A stretch of 64,000 bases of DNA, taken from IMG/VR virus record IMGVR_UViG_3300020048_000002; one strand, 5' to 3'. Position numbers and translations under genes: made by a program. Position 1 is the first letter of the stretch. Each line of letters opens with the position of its first letter. Below the pieces are notes generated by a model. It saw nothing but the letters and a program-made list of their open reading frames with translations. It had not been told where the DNA came from and searched no databases. Below, one piece after another: positions 51,261 to 61,139 of the stretch. This stretch comes from a virus (lineage: Duplodnaviria > Caudoviricetes).

Positions 51261-51569
51261 TTATTGCGTCACCACGTAGTCGGCGAACACTTTATCCCCC
51301 GGCTTTGGGGCAATCGCCAACACAACGGTATCGTACCCTGTGCCGCCGCCACCGCTCTCTACTAAGAGGTAGTCGTCGAGCCAGAGTAACCTCGTTCCAT
51401 TGTAGTACACCCCAATCTGAACGTAGGGTGGGTCATGCAGAAACTTGTCCCCCGAAGGAACTGAAAAAGACGAGTTTACGCCATCGATGGGACCAGAAAG
51501 GATGATCCCAGTTCGATAGCGTCTCGTCGGTATGTATCGGCCAAGGAAGGGGTAATTTAGGGGTCGCAA
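51261..51569 (-). CDS. small virion protein (DGVN..F / VYYNG..DDY module)
   Basis: Motif typical of phage baseplate and fibre beta-modules. Confidence 0.6.
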   Translation of the reverse strand: MRPLNYPFLGRYIPTRRYRTGIILSGPIDGVNSSFSVPSGDKFLHDPPYVQIGVYYNGTRLLWLDDYLLVESGGGGTGYDTVVLAIAPKPGDKVFADYVVTQ

Positions 51570-51624
51570 TCATCCCTCCCCCTCGACGACTACCGCATCG
51601 ATTAGACCATACACATCAACCACA

Positions 51625-51825
51625 TCACGATCCCTTCGTGAGGCTGAAGTCCGCAATCTTGAGGGTCGGCTTGGCCACAGGATGCGCAGGACGGGGCATC
51701 GGCTTTACACCAATGCCCTGCCCCGACGAGCCTACCATCGCTATACCGAGCCCTAGCGTTCGACCTAAACGGACTTGTGTTTCCGACGTAGCCGATAGGC
51801 TCGCGTTCAAAGCGATGTCAGCCAT
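51625..51825 (-). CDS. hypothetical protein
   Basis: AAGGA RBS; resembles the neighbouring repeat protein. Confidence 0.5.
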   Translation of the reverse strand: MADIALNASLSATSETQVRLGRTLGLGIAMVGSSGQGIGVKPMPRPAHPVAKPTLKIADFSLTKGS

Positions 51826-51828
51826 GGT

Positions 51829-52389
51829 TCATCCTTCCGTGGTCCGCCGCCTTCGAGGATTTGCGTTTACCGATAGGCGTGCGACCGCAGGGGGTTGAGG
51901 TACAGCTCGTAGCACAGGTGGTTGAGGCGGTGCAACGAAACGCCTCGGAGGTCGCTTCTTGATGCTGAGTGTAGGTTGGGTCCAAGCCGAGTTTGCCGAC
52001 ATGGAACATTGAACCGGAACACCCGCCATCAGGAAGGCCGCCTGAGACGACCCACCCATGAGCACGTTCGACAACGGACACGTCGCTGAAAGCAGAGCTT
52101 GCAGGTCCGAGTCTGCCATCGCATCCGACCCAAGTGCCCAGCTTACCTGAGCCACAAAGACCGTGCTGGAGTCCGCTGAACAGGCTCCGCTAAGAGCCCG
52201 TTCGACGTACGAGGTCGCCAGCATCGACGAGTCTGCCAACGTAGAACAGTTGACAGCCCACTCCACTTGCGCCGTTTCCGACGTTGAGGAGTCAGCCGAG
52301 AACGATCCTACAATGGCATATTCGACGCCGAGTCCGGCAGAGTAAGAAGCGTCGGCCACAATGGCCGCATCCAGAGCCACTGCGGGCAT
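51829..52389 (-). CDS. ADSS-repeat putative virion protein
   Basis: Repeats of about 21 aa, each containing AD(A/S)S. Confidence 0.6.
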   Translation of the reverse strand: MPAVALDAAIVADASYSAGLGVEYAIVGSFSADSSTSETAQVEWAVNCSTLADSSMLATSYVERALSGACSADSSTVFVAQVSWALGSDAMADSDLQALLSATCPLSNVLMGGSSQAAFLMAGVPVQCSMSANSAWTQPTLSIKKRPPRRFVAPPQPPVLRAVPQPPAVARLSVNANPRRRRTTEG

Positions 52390-52403
52390 GACTTCTTACC
52401 CCC

Positions 52404-52805
52404 TCACTGCTCGGTCACGGAGAGCTGGCCGACTGCGAAGCTCGCCGTGTCGAGGTCGTCGATGGTCTTGGACGAACCAAGCGTACCGTAGTAGAGCAGC
52501 GTGCCACCAGCGAGCGAGTCGAAGATACCCGCAGCGACAACCGTGCCCCAACCACCAATGCCCATGGCCTGGGGGAACGAGGCAGGGGCCGAGTTCGACG
52601 CAACACCGTTCGACGGAGCACCAAAGGTGACAGCCGTACGAGCGTAGTTGTTGCCCGAAACCTCCGTACCTGCATCACCGGGGTTCGTCGGAGCCGTCGT
52701 GAAAAGGCCGACGTAAACCGTGGCGGGCGACGTAAGCGCACCGGGGTTCGCACGGAGGAAGAAGTTGATGACGTTGTCGTCGTGGGTATAGGACTTGGCA
52801 GCCAT
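52404..52805 (-). CDS. small phage tail-associated protein
   Basis: YVGLFTTAP...GTEVSGNNYAR...WGTV; paralog of 44215-44598. Confidence 0.72.
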   Translation of the reverse strand: MAAKSYTHDDNVINFFLRANPGALTSPATVYVGLFTTAPTNPGDAGTEVSGNNYARTAVTFGAPSNGVASNSAPASFPQAMGIGGWGTVVAAGIFDSLAGGTLLYYGTLGSSKTIDDLDTASFAVGQLSVTEQ

Positions 52806-52918
52806 GTCGAAACTCCTGGAAAGAGACCGGGGTCACTTTCTATCGGATACAAGGAAAGTATCGACCCCCAAATTTCCAGCAAGTGCAAGTGAGTCGGCTT
52901 GTCTCAGATCCAAGCCAA

Positions 52919-53437
52919 TCAGCCGAGTCGGTCGAGGTAGGCCGCCGCCTGACGAAGCAGAGCGGCGTTGTCGTTGGCGTACCCCAAGATGACGTTACAC
53001 CGCCAATGGATCATGCCTCGGACGCACTCGCCACAAGATGTACTCCCAGCACAACATGATCTGTCATGGTCCACGACGGCTGAGAGCTTCTCGCGACCTT
53101 CACGCAACATAGGCTCTCCGCAACATACACAAAGACCCTGTTGTTGTTCCCACAAGGTCTGCCAATCGACCTTGAATCGTGACCGCACCCGGTTCGCCCG
53201 AGAACGTTCGGGGTCACGATGATATGCAGCCAGCGCAAGTGAGGCGGCCCGTTCCGGGTTAGCTTTTCGCCAAGCTCGGGAACGGGCCGCAGTCTTCTCG
53301 GGGTTTGACTTCGCGCGGGCTAGGTTGTCAGCGTTGGTACAGGACCGGCACCAAGCACGGGCTTTCCCCGTGCGTGAATCCTTGTGGAAGTCGGTTGCCT
53401 CGTCCTTTTCGACCTGACACTTGGAGCACCGCTTCAT
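52919..53437 (-). CDS. endonuclease VII-family homing endonuclease
   Basis: KRCSKC, QQGLCVCC, VVDHDRSCC...CGECVRGMIHWRCNVILG. Confidence 0.85.
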   Translation of the reverse strand: MKRCSKCQVEKDEATDFHKDSRTGKARAWCRSCTNADNLARAKSNPEKTAARSRAWRKANPERAASLALAAYHRDPERSRANRVRSRFKVDWQTLWEQQQGLCVCCGEPMLREGREKLSAVVDHDRSCCAGSTSCGECVRGMIHWRCNVILGYANDNAALLRQAAAYLDRLG

Positions 53438-53476
53438 GCTCCATCGTTCGCATATTATGCGAACGAGATCAAGTCT

Positions 53477-53740
53477 TTATCGCATGTGGCACAGGGATTT
53501 GAGCGTTTTCAAATTGTGGGCGTATGGGTTCGCCGCCACCTTGCCGGTGTTGTTGAACCACGCTGATTTCAACTCGTCGACGTTCGTGATGCTCGTATCG
53601 AACACGAAGAAGACTTTGCCGCTATCAGCGTGTCGATCCGTGCGCTTCAGCTCTACTCCGGCAGTCTGCAAATAGGCTGCGAAGTAGAGGTCTGAAGTCT
53701 TGAATTCCGCCGAGTTTTTGCCAGACATTTCCATCTCCAT
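53477..53740 (-). CDS. DUF5659-like protein
   Basis: FKTSDLYFAAYL...KVFFVF. Confidence 0.65.
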   Translation of the reverse strand: MEMEMSGKNSAEFKTSDLYFAAYLQTAGVELKRTDRHADSGKVFFVFDTSITNVDELKSAWFNNTGKVAANPYAHNLKTLKSLCHMR

Positions 53741-53763
53741 CTAAGTTTGATTTGGCCCTCGGA

Positions 53764-54864
53764 TCAAACGAGGGTGAACTGGTTCGACACGAGGCTCGTG
53801 TATTGAACCTGCACCTTCGTACCAGCGGCTACGCCTGCGGGGACGAGAGCGGCAGGAATCACGATGCTCGTTGCCGAGACCGTTCCACCAGCATCAACAA
53901 TGAAGTACTGGTCGAGGGTCACGGGGACCGGAAGCATGAACTTCACCTTGGTCGCTACGACCTCGGAGTTCGGCGTGCCTGCACCAGCTAGGCCCGTACC
54001 CGTGAGCGTCACTGCCCCAGGGGCCGGTACGCCGAACTGAGCGTTCGTGAGCGTGGGTGCCGTGGCCACGAGACCGAAGAGGCTCACACCGTCGTCCTGA
54101 ACGACCGTGACAGCGGGGCCGCTCACGATCGGAGGGAACCGGTTCGGGTCCGGGTTGAACGAGGCACTCCGGAGATCGTGGAGGTTGCCTACCAAGAAGC
54201 ACTTGATCGCCGTGTCCGTTTCGATGAACTGGGGGGCAATGGCATCGGCTGCCTCGGCCACCTGAGCCACCGTGAGACCGGCTCCAAGCGAACCCTTCAC
54301 CGTGGCGGCACTCACATTGAGCGGGCCACCAACGGGAAGCGTTGCAGCGATGAATGCCGCAGGAGCGGGAACCGTGAAGCTGCCACCACCGGCACCGAGA
54401 GCGAGGGGCGTGTTGGCCGTCGAGCCACCACCCACCGAGTCGATCTGGATGTACGTACCCTCACCCTTGGTCTTCGTCTGAAGGGCAAGGGTCGTCGCCG
54501 AAATCCCAACAGCGACGAAGTTGGAGGCCACCAGGACCGAGTTGATCGCCGTCACCAGGGCTGCCATGCTCGCGTAAGCAGCCGCAGGAATCGTGAACGT
54601 GGTGTAGGCCCCAGCCCCCGAATCACGGAGCTTGAGAGCGTCGTTCACGCCGAGGTTGATGGCCACGGGGAACGCAATGGCTCCGCTCAGACGAGAGGCC
54701 GGAATCGAGGCCGACATCATCGCACCAACGGTCACGGCCGTCGGACGCGAAATGTAACGGGTCTGCCCCTCGGGCTCTGTGGGGAAGTTCGTCTGCGAAG
54801 TGGGCTCAAGATCAGCCAGGAAGATCGGGCCGGGGATGTCCCCACGGATTACACCAACGCGCAT
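53764..54864 (-). CDS. putative virion decoration protein with C-terminal Ig/IPT-like domain
   Basis: Ala/Gly/Thr-rich; C-terminal domain shared with 55249-55851. Confidence 0.65.
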   Translation of the reverse strand: MRVGVIRGDIPGPIFLADLEPTSQTNFPTEPEGQTRYISRPTAVTVGAMMSASIPASRLSGAIAFPVAINLGVNDALKLRDSGAGAYTTFTIPAAAYASMAALVTAINSVLVASNFVAVGISATTLALQTKTKGEGTYIQIDSVGGGSTANTPLALGAGGGSFTVPAPAAFIAATLPVGGPLNVSAATVKGSLGAGLTVAQVAEAADAIAPQFIETDTAIKCFLVGNLHDLRSASFNPDPNRFPPIVSGPAVTVVQDDGVSLFGLVATAPTLTNAQFGVPAPGAVTLTGTGLAGAGTPNSEVVATKVKFMLPVPVTLDQYFIVDAGGTVSATSIVIPAALVPAGVAAGTKVQVQYTSLVSNQFTLV

Positions 54865-54876
54865 TGTCAGGCTCCT

Positions 54877-55245
54877 TTAGGCATTACTCGATGGGATTTT
54901 GCCCCGGTTCGAGTCTTCTTTGAGGAGCCGAAGAACGGCCCCATAGTCACTGTAGAATCCAGCAACGGCTCGAACGAACGTGAGTTGGTCGCCTCGCCAG
55001 TTGAAGTGGGCTTGTCGAAGCAAGAGCCGCATTCGAGTGAGGAGCTTGATGTACAAGCTCCCTCGATCCAGTGTGCTAAGTTCTTCTCTTGCTTTGAGGA
55101 TGTAGCTGTATCGGCGGTCCAAGTCCTGGAGGACCAGTCTCGCTTGGGGCATGTAGAGCAAGTCATTGGGACGCCACCTGTTGTAGACATCCTCAATGTC
55201 TTCCCGCTCCTGTTGGAGCACCCAGGGAAGGACCCGATACTCCAC
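54877..55245 (-). CDS. hypothetical protein
   Basis: Fills the gap between two structural genes. Confidence 0.55.
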   Translation of the reverse strand: MEYRVLPWVLQQEREDIEDVYNRWRPNDLLYMPQARLVLQDLDRRYSYILKAREELSTLDRGSLYIKLLTRMRLLLRQAHFNWRGDQLTFVRAVAGFYSDYGAVLRLLKEDSNRGKIPSSNA

Positions 55246-55248
55246 ACG

Positions 55249-55851
55249 TCAGACCAGGGCAAAAGCGTTCGAGAGCTGATCGTCGGCGATCACTCGAACA
55301 AAGGTCGTCGCAGCCGCCACACCGGGCACCAAGGCAGCCGGGATCACGATGCTCAGGTTGCCCACGGACCCACCAGCGGCTACGATTGCCGACTGCGTGA
55401 GGGTGAGCGGACCGCCCGTACCCGTGACGAGAACCGAGGACTCGTTCGGGGCAAGCGAGAGGAGGTTCGTTCCCGTGATGGTGATGTCACCCGCACCAGG
55501 AACACCAAGCTGGGCGTTCGTGACGGCTGGAGCGGCTACGTCGGCCATCGTGAAGCTGACGACCGTCACGAACCCCGCATCAGCGAGCTTCTTGATCTTG
55601 CCCTTGCCAGCCGAGAAAGCCACACGCTCCGTCTGGCGAAGATCGATGTACCCGTTGATGGCCGGGTTGGTCGGCTTCGTTTGCGGAATGTAGCACGGCT
55701 GCTTGGGGTAGTTGGCGTACCCGTCACGATCGTAAGCCTTGGGATCGGCCGTCGAACCAAGACGGTGCGTCATCTTGTTGGGGAGCCCATCGTCGATGTC
55801 ATCGACGAGCAGGGGCGCATTGACGGTCTGGTTGTGGATGAGCCTGAGCAT
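55249..55851 (-). CDS. putative virion protein with Ig/IPT-like domain
   Basis: AGGAG RBS; late-type motif upstream. Confidence 0.65.
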   Translation of the reverse strand: MLRLIHNQTVNAPLLVDDIDDGLPNKMTHRLGSTADPKAYDRDGYANYPKQPCYIPQTKPTNPAINGYIDLRQTERVAFSAGKGKIKKLADAGFVTVVSFTMADVAAPAVTNAQLGVPGAGDITITGTNLLSLAPNESSVLVTGTGGPLTLTQSAIVAAGGSVGNLSIVIPAALVPGVAAATTFVRVIADDQLSNAFALV

Positions 55852-55899
55852 GACGGATCTCCTGTCGATTTCGCGTCCCCATAAAAGGAACCGCGACTT

Positions 55900-56550
55900 T
55901 TACCTACCGTTGGCCACTGTCGCTTGAATCGACAACGTTGCAGTTCCCCCGTCCCCTCGGACGAGAATGCTGGCCGACTGCCCCGTGAACGTAAGATACT
56001 GAGGGAGGGTCGAGTTCTGCTTGAGCCTGAACTCAGGACCTCCGGGCTCAAACGCGACGTACGCATCCCGAGCCGACTCCTCGTTGAGGATACGCCAGTC
56101 GGTCAGCAACCGTGGGAGGTCGAGCTGAAGTGAACTGGCCACCGTCGCTCCCGAGGGGGCCGAACCACGAATCAGGATGTGCCCAATCCCTCGGTGGAGG
56201 AACTGCGTATCGTCAGGTAGAACGAGCGTAGGAGCCGAGACCGCCGTTTCAACTCCAGCTCCGTCAACGTGAAAGAGCTTGAGCCAAAAGTGCTGCGTGT
56301 CCGTGAGAGCGTAGGTCGCCGGGTTGAACACCATCCGGACCTGATCCCTCGTCGGCTGAGCCTCAATCTTTCGCTGGTCCACCCCGACCGTATCCATGAA
56401 CCCGAACTTGGGCGAGGTAAAGATCGTCCCAAAGACAGCATCGAAGTTCGTAGCTGCCTTGAACCGATAGCCCTCCACCCCATTCACCCGTGGGGTGAGA
56501 ACGTCCACGATACCGGGGCGACGTCGGATGACGGAGAAAATGCGATTCAT
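55900..56550 (-). CDS. putative virion protein
   Basis: Beta-rich, translationally coupled ORF. Confidence 0.6.
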   Translation of the reverse strand: MNRIFSVIRRRPGIVDVLTPRVNGVEGYRFKAATNFDAVFGTIFTSPKFGFMDTVGVDQRKIEAQPTRDQVRMVFNPATYALTDTQHFWLKLFHVDGAGVETAVSAPTLVLPDDTQFLHRGIGHILIRGSAPSGATVASSLQLDLPRLLTDWRILNEESARDAYVAFEPGGPEFRLKQNSTLPQYLTFTGQSASILVRGDGGTATLSIQATVANGR

Positions 56551-56984
56551 CGTGAACCTTCCTGCCTAACAAGGGGATCATAAGTAGACGAAGCCTCACG
56601 GGCGGCTGACACGTCCTGCGTTTCGGTCAACGCCTTGTCAAAAGCCGCTTGCCGAGCATCCGCCCACGTCCCCGTCTGTTCTCCCGCAAAGTTGGGAACG
56701 AGCTTTGGGTTCGGTGCATGGTCACGTTGTCGACGCTCCATGACCCCTTGGCGATTTGCTCGGTACTTATTCTCCTTCATCGCCTTGGAGATCCAGCCGC
56801 CAGACTCCCCGTCCCGGAGGACGAACTTGACATCTCCCGGATCAAAGACGAGCTGAACTGCCCCTTGGCAGGTCGAACACTCCAGGACTTTGGTCCCGAG
56901 CTTGACTGCATCGTAGTCGCCAAATGAAAGGCGGATGCTGTTGTCCTTCTGGCACGTCTCACAACGGGTAGCGTAACGAGGCAT
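56547..56984 (-). CDS. FmdB-like zinc-ribbon protein
   Basis: MPRYATRCETC...CSTC. Confidence 0.7.
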   Translation of the reverse strand: MPRYATRCETCQKDNSIRLSFGDYDAVKLGTKVLECSTCQGAVQLVFDPGDVKFVLRDGESGGWISKAMKENKYRANRQGVMERRQRDHAPNPKLVPNFAGEQTGTWADARQAAFDKALTETQDVSAAREASSTYDPLVRQEGSR

Positions 56985-56993
56985 ATTTGATTC

Positions 56994-57851
56994 TCATTTC
57001 TTCTTTTTCTTGGGGATGGTCCACCCTTGAATGTGGTCCATCACGGCCGCAACGTGCTTGCAAACACGGTTGATTCGCTTCGGATCTCGAATGTTGGGAG
57101 TCGAGGCCGTGCCCCTCGGCTTCCCGTCGATGTAGCTCTTTTGCTTTGCGTGGTACTCAGGTCCGAGCCACTGCCAACCAGGGCAGGAGCAAGTCACCTC
57201 TAGCTCCAGCTTCGACATCGCAACGATGTTGCCCTTGCGTTCAGCCTTGAGCCGAATCGCTTTTGGGCCGTTGCCGCAGTCCACAGCAAAGATCCAACGA
57301 AGGTTGGGGACATCCACACGTTTTACGGTGACGTTGCACTTACGCGCACGGTCCACCGTCTTGGGATTGAGCCCCTCAAGAATCTCCCCCAGTCGAACGG
57401 CTACCTTGACGTTGGCCTCCGGCGGGAGGGTCAACGTGTGGGCGGTCTTGAGTCGAAAGAGGGCAACAACGAACTCAGGATCAACCGAGGCGTAATGCTG
57501 GTTGGGTCGTTTGTCCCGGTACGGGTACGTCGTAACCGTAGGATCTCCGGGGGGCCTCCCACCAGGAGACTCGTAGCGGGGCTGAATCCACCGGTTGTCG
57601 CGTCGATCCCCTTCGGGATTGTCCTGCTTCTTTGCTCGATCGTCAGGGCCATCCTTTCGGTAGATGGACCCTTCCTCGGCCTTATCGAACTCGCGAACAT
57701 CCCCCTCGGGCTTGGCGTACGTCGAAGTCCCAGGGATCTCAGGATCAAGAGATAGCCCTTTCCCCCCAGGGCTACCCGAGGGGAGCTTCGACTCGGCCAC
57801 GGTGGAAAGCCCCCCGTGACCATAAGCAGGTCGGGTCACGAGGGGCTGCAT
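56994..57851 (-). CDS. SWIM zinc-finger protein
   Basis: VTCSCPGW...VCKHVAAV. Confidence 0.72.
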   Translation of the reverse strand: MQPLVTRPAYGHGGLSTVAESKLPSGSPGGKGLSLDPEIPGTSTYAKPEGDVREFDKAEEGSIYRKDGPDDRAKKQDNPEGDRRDNRWIQPRYESPGGRPPGDPTVTTYPYRDKRPNQHYASVDPEFVVALFRLKTAHTLTLPPEANVKVAVRLGEILEGLNPKTVDRARKCNVTVKRVDVPNLRWIFAVDCGNGPKAIRLKAERKGNIVAMSKLELEVTCSCPGWQWLGPEYHAKQKSYIDGKPRGTASTPNIRDPKRINRVCKHVAAVMDHIQGWTIPKKKKK

Positions 57852-57854
57852 AGA

Positions 57855-59561
57855 TCACACCTTCCAGGGGTCGTTCGAGGCGGCAGACTTGAACTTGTCC
57901 TTCTTCTTATGGTCAGCCCACTCGTCTTTGGTAAAAGAATCGTCCACGCTCAGGACGAGTCGGTACATCTGACCATCGGACAGTCCCTCGCCCTCCATGA
58001 GGGAGATAGCCTGGGACAGATCCCCTTTTGCCAAACCGGATTTGATGGCGGCCTTCAAGGCACTTACCGATGAAGCAGACTTGAACTTGTCCTTGTTGGC
58101 CTCGTTCATCGCCTCCCACTCGGCGGCATCCTCTTCGGACATGTTCTCGGTGGGGTCAGCAGGCACGCCCTTCTCAAAACGAGCGGCCTTCCAGTCCTCA
58201 GCCACGGGATCAACGGACGCCAAACGCCCACGAGACTTGGCAAACGTGTAGTCGGCTAGCCACCGCTCGACGTCCATTTCCAAAGTCTCCGAATCCGAAA
58301 CACTTCGGAGAGCCTTTTGGGCCATCATGGGAAGCTCGTCGAAGAACATGGGCGTGTGCGACGAACCCGAGACAAGGAGCTTCTCAAGAAGCATGACCTG
58401 GCGACGATGGAGCTTAGCCGTCCGCGAATCCCAGTCAGACGCCGATGCCGACTTCATCGGAACGCAGTTCGGAACCATCTGACCGCCCTCACCGGGCTTC
58501 ATGCCGTAGGCTTCGTAGCCTTCCCAGCAGGCATCTTCGAGTCCTTCGGCCATCTGCTCCGAGGCAGCACGGAAGCCGTAGTCTTCGTCGAACGCCATCG
58601 CACCGAACTCACGCGACGCCTTTTCAGCCTCGGGGCCGGTCAGGATGGTCTTGGTGCGTGGGTAGTAGAACACCTTTTCGCCCTTCTTGAAGGGCTTTCC
58701 GTTCTTATCCTTGCCGGGGTACTTGGCCGTCATCCAGTAGGGGTCGCCGTAGGCGGCCTGACGCTGAAGCACGTCAGCCTTGCCAGCGTCCTGCTTCACG
58801 ACGGTGCGGAGGAGGGCGATCTTCTCCCCGAGCCCAAGGAGCTTGTCCTTGTGTTGGGGGGCGATGTGCCCAAGAGCCATCGTCATGCTCTGGATGGACT
58901 CAATCCCGTTGAGTGCAGCCATCTTGTCGTTCCCACGAGACGCCATCGAGTAAGCCGTCTTGGCTTCGAGCATCGCCGTTTGGAAGGCCGTGAGGGCTTC
59001 GGACGGGGCAGCCGCCGACTTGTCCTTCACGACGTCCTTGTTCTTCTCGTGCATGGCGTCGATCTCGGCCGCTTCTTCGTCCGTGATCTTGGGGTTTTGC
59101 TTTTGGAACTCAGCCCCAGCACCAGCCAAGGTCGAATCTTCGTCGCTGGCCCACATGGAACGATAATCGTAACGGCTCATATCCGATGACCTCCGCTTGA
59201 GGTAGTGGAGGCGGATGTCCTCAAGGACGCCTTCCAGTTCCTCTGCTTTCTCGGGCTTTAGCCCCTGCTTGATTTCCTCGTAATCCATACGAGAGGCTGC
59301 CATGGCAGCAGCCTCCAAGGCTTTTTCTAGCTTGAACAGAACGTCGGGCATCCCGTGGATGATGTGCCCAGCCACCTCAAATAAGTGGTCACGCTGGTTC
59401 GATTTCTCGACGAGTTCCAGCGCCTTGGCGACGTACTGCTTGAGCTGCAACGAACGAAGTCGGGCGTCTCCAAGCTCTTCGTTGAGGTAAACAATGATGC
59501 CGGACGCAGTTTTCCCACGTCCGGCATTTCTCTTTAGGCACCCGCTCGACATAGATCCCAC
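57855..59561 (-). CDS. modular repeat protein, putative internal head / scaffold-like
   Basis: Repeated acidic modules ending (N)KDKFKSA; many [KR]xA junctions; a CWEGY...VPNCVP module. Confidence 0.6.
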   Translation of the reverse strand: MGSMSSGCLKRNAGRGKTASGIIVYLNEELGDARLRSLQLKQYVAKALELVEKSNQRDHLFEVAGHIIHGMPDVLFKLEKALEAAAMAASRMDYEEIKQGLKPEKAEELEGVLEDIRLHYLKRRSSDMSRYDYRSMWASDEDSTLAGAGAEFQKQNPKITDEEAAEIDAMHEKNKDVVKDKSAAAPSEALTAFQTAMLEAKTAYSMASRGNDKMAALNGIESIQSMTMALGHIAPQHKDKLLGLGEKIALLRTVVKQDAGKADVLQRQAAYGDPYWMTAKYPGKDKNGKPFKKGEKVFYYPRTKTILTGPEAEKASREFGAMAFDEDYGFRAASEQMAEGLEDACWEGYEAYGMKPGEGGQMVPNCVPMKSASASDWDSRTAKLHRRQVMLLEKLLVSGSSHTPMFFDELPMMAQKALRSVSDSETLEMDVERWLADYTFAKSRGRLASVDPVAEDWKAARFEKGVPADPTENMSEEDAAEWEAMNEANKDKFKSASSVSALKAAIKSGLAKGDLSQAISLMEGEGLSDGQMYRLVLSVDDSFTKDEWADHKKKDKFKSAASNDPWKV

Positions 59562-59585
59562 GTCGATAGCGCCCTCACAAGAGGA

Positions 59586-60725
59586 CTATGCACCAAAGAC
59601 GTTGGGAAACTCTTCCAGGAGCTTCGCCTTGAAGGCGTCCGACTCAGCCGCAAACACCGCCCGGAGAATGTCCTCCCGGTCCTCGTAGTCCGCCGCCAGT
59701 CGAGCGAGCTTCTTGCGATCCGGCATGTCGAACTGGTAATTTGAGGGGAAGTCCTTGCAGAGCGCACGGGCAACCTTGAGCCGAGCATCAGCCGTCCCGT
59801 CCTTCAGCATGACCGGCTTGGAGGCATCCTCCGATCGGGGGTGAGGTTCCGCCCCACGCTTCTTCGGCCCGTTCGTCATCTTGAAGACGATGCCATCCTC
59901 GACGTGCTGGGTGATCTCCGTCTTGTCCCCCGGGTCAATCGGGTCGGCTGTCTCGATCCCGCCACCCGTCTTCACCTTGGAGGTGATCCCCTCACGGGTT
60001 TCGGTCTTGGCAGTTCGGACCTTGCCCACCGTCTTCGCCGCCGGAGTCACGTCTGCGTACTTCGCACGAGCGGCCTCCTTCTTGGCAAGGTACTCCTCTC
60101 GGTCATCGTCCGATAGGCGTGCGATGTAGTCCGCTTCCGACAACCCTTCCCCAGCTTCGATCTGGACGTTCTGGGCCTTGCGGATCTCCGAACCCAAGGA
60201 CTCGGCCGTCAACACCGTACGAGACTGCTTGGCTCGTTCACCAGCCGCAGTCTTGAGCTTGCGGACAGGTACCCCGTCCTGCATCTCCACGGACCCGCCG
60301 ACTTCGTTTCGCAAGGGTTGACCGTGCCGGTAGCCCGTATTCGCCTTTCGAGCCGCAGCCGCATGGGAGGCAGCGTTGCCCACTTCGCGCTCGTCCGTCT
60401 CGGTAACGACAATCGCCTTCTTCTCAGGGGTCTTGCCTTCAAACGGGTTCCCGCCCTGCGTTGGATGACGGACCTGGATGTTGGCGGCGATGGGGCGAGC
60501 GTCCTCCGCATCCTCGTCGTAAACCTCCGACAAGACCAACCAACCCGAACGGACTGCCCCACGGAGCTGCGGCATCGCCACTTCCGTACCGTCCACTACC
60601 ACCTTGGTCCCATCAAAGAGGAGATCCATCCCCTTCGAGATCTGAAGCCCCGTGCTACCAAGGGCAAACCCACGAGTTGCAATAAAGTGCTGCATCTCGC
60701 CGGTACGGTACTTGATCTGATCCAT
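59586..60725 (-). CDS. hypothetical protein (late)
   Basis: AGGAG RBS, 379 aa. Confidence 0.7.
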   Translation of the reverse strand: MDQIKYRTGEMQHFIATRGFALGSTGLQISKGMDLLFDGTKVVVDGTEVAMPQLRGAVRSGWLVLSEVYDEDAEDARPIAANIQVRHPTQGGNPFEGKTPEKKAIVVTETDEREVGNAASHAAAARKANTGYRHGQPLRNEVGGSVEMQDGVPVRKLKTAAGERAKQSRTVLTAESLGSEIRKAQNVQIEAGEGLSEADYIARLSDDDREEYLAKKEAARAKYADVTPAAKTVGKVRTAKTETREGITSKVKTGGGIETADPIDPGDKTEITQHVEDGIVFKMTNGPKKRGAEPHPRSEDASKPVMLKDGTADARLKVARALCKDFPSNYQFDMPDRKKLARLAADYEDREDILRAVFAAESDAFKAKLLEEFPNVFGA

Positions 60726-60814
60726 GTCTTATCTCCTAGAGGGCAAAAGTCCCCTCTCTATCAAAAAGGGATAAGAAGAATCGCAAGCCCTTGGACGAGA
60801 ATCGGGCAACAATG

Positions 60815-60845
60815 AAAAAGCCCGCTCCCATGTAGGGGCGGGCTC
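60815..60845 (-). terminator. intrinsic terminator
   Basis: AGCCCGCCCC...GGAGCGGGCT-TTTT on the minus strand. Confidence 0.75.
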
Positions 60846-60863
60846 AATCGGTACCTCGGTTAC

Positions 60864-61139
60864 TTAGACGGCTGAAGTGGCCTCTTGCTTAGCACGCTCT
60901 GCGAGAGCCTTGTCCTTCACGTCCTTGCGCCAGATCTTGAAGAGGCCAATGACCTTGTTCTGCTTCCGGCCTTTGGGGACTGGCTCAATCTCGACGGTCG
61001 GATTGCCGTGCTGGTCCTGGCCGAATGCTACGATTTTGCCGACGTGGTTCTTGTACTTCCCGTACAAAACTAGGTCGCCCACGTTCATGTACGCTGCTTG
61101 GAGAAAGCGTGCGGCGACTCGAAGGCTACTCGGCGGCAT
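60864..61139 (-). CDS. small SH3/KOW-like protein with RVAARF tag
   Basis: MPPSSLRVAARFLQAAYMNVGDLVLYGKYKN. Confidence 0.7.
   Translation of the reverse strand: MPPSSLRVAARFLQAAYMNVGDLVLYGKYKNHVGKIVAFGQDQHGNPTVEIEPVPKGRKQNKVIGLFKIWRKDVKDKALAERAKQEATSAV

Noticed and set aside
54178-55884. 568-aa plus-strand ORF, and similar long antisense ORFs such as 29413-30582 and 15171-16007
   Set aside because: Shadow ORFs opposite well-supported genes, expected from high-GC codon bias.
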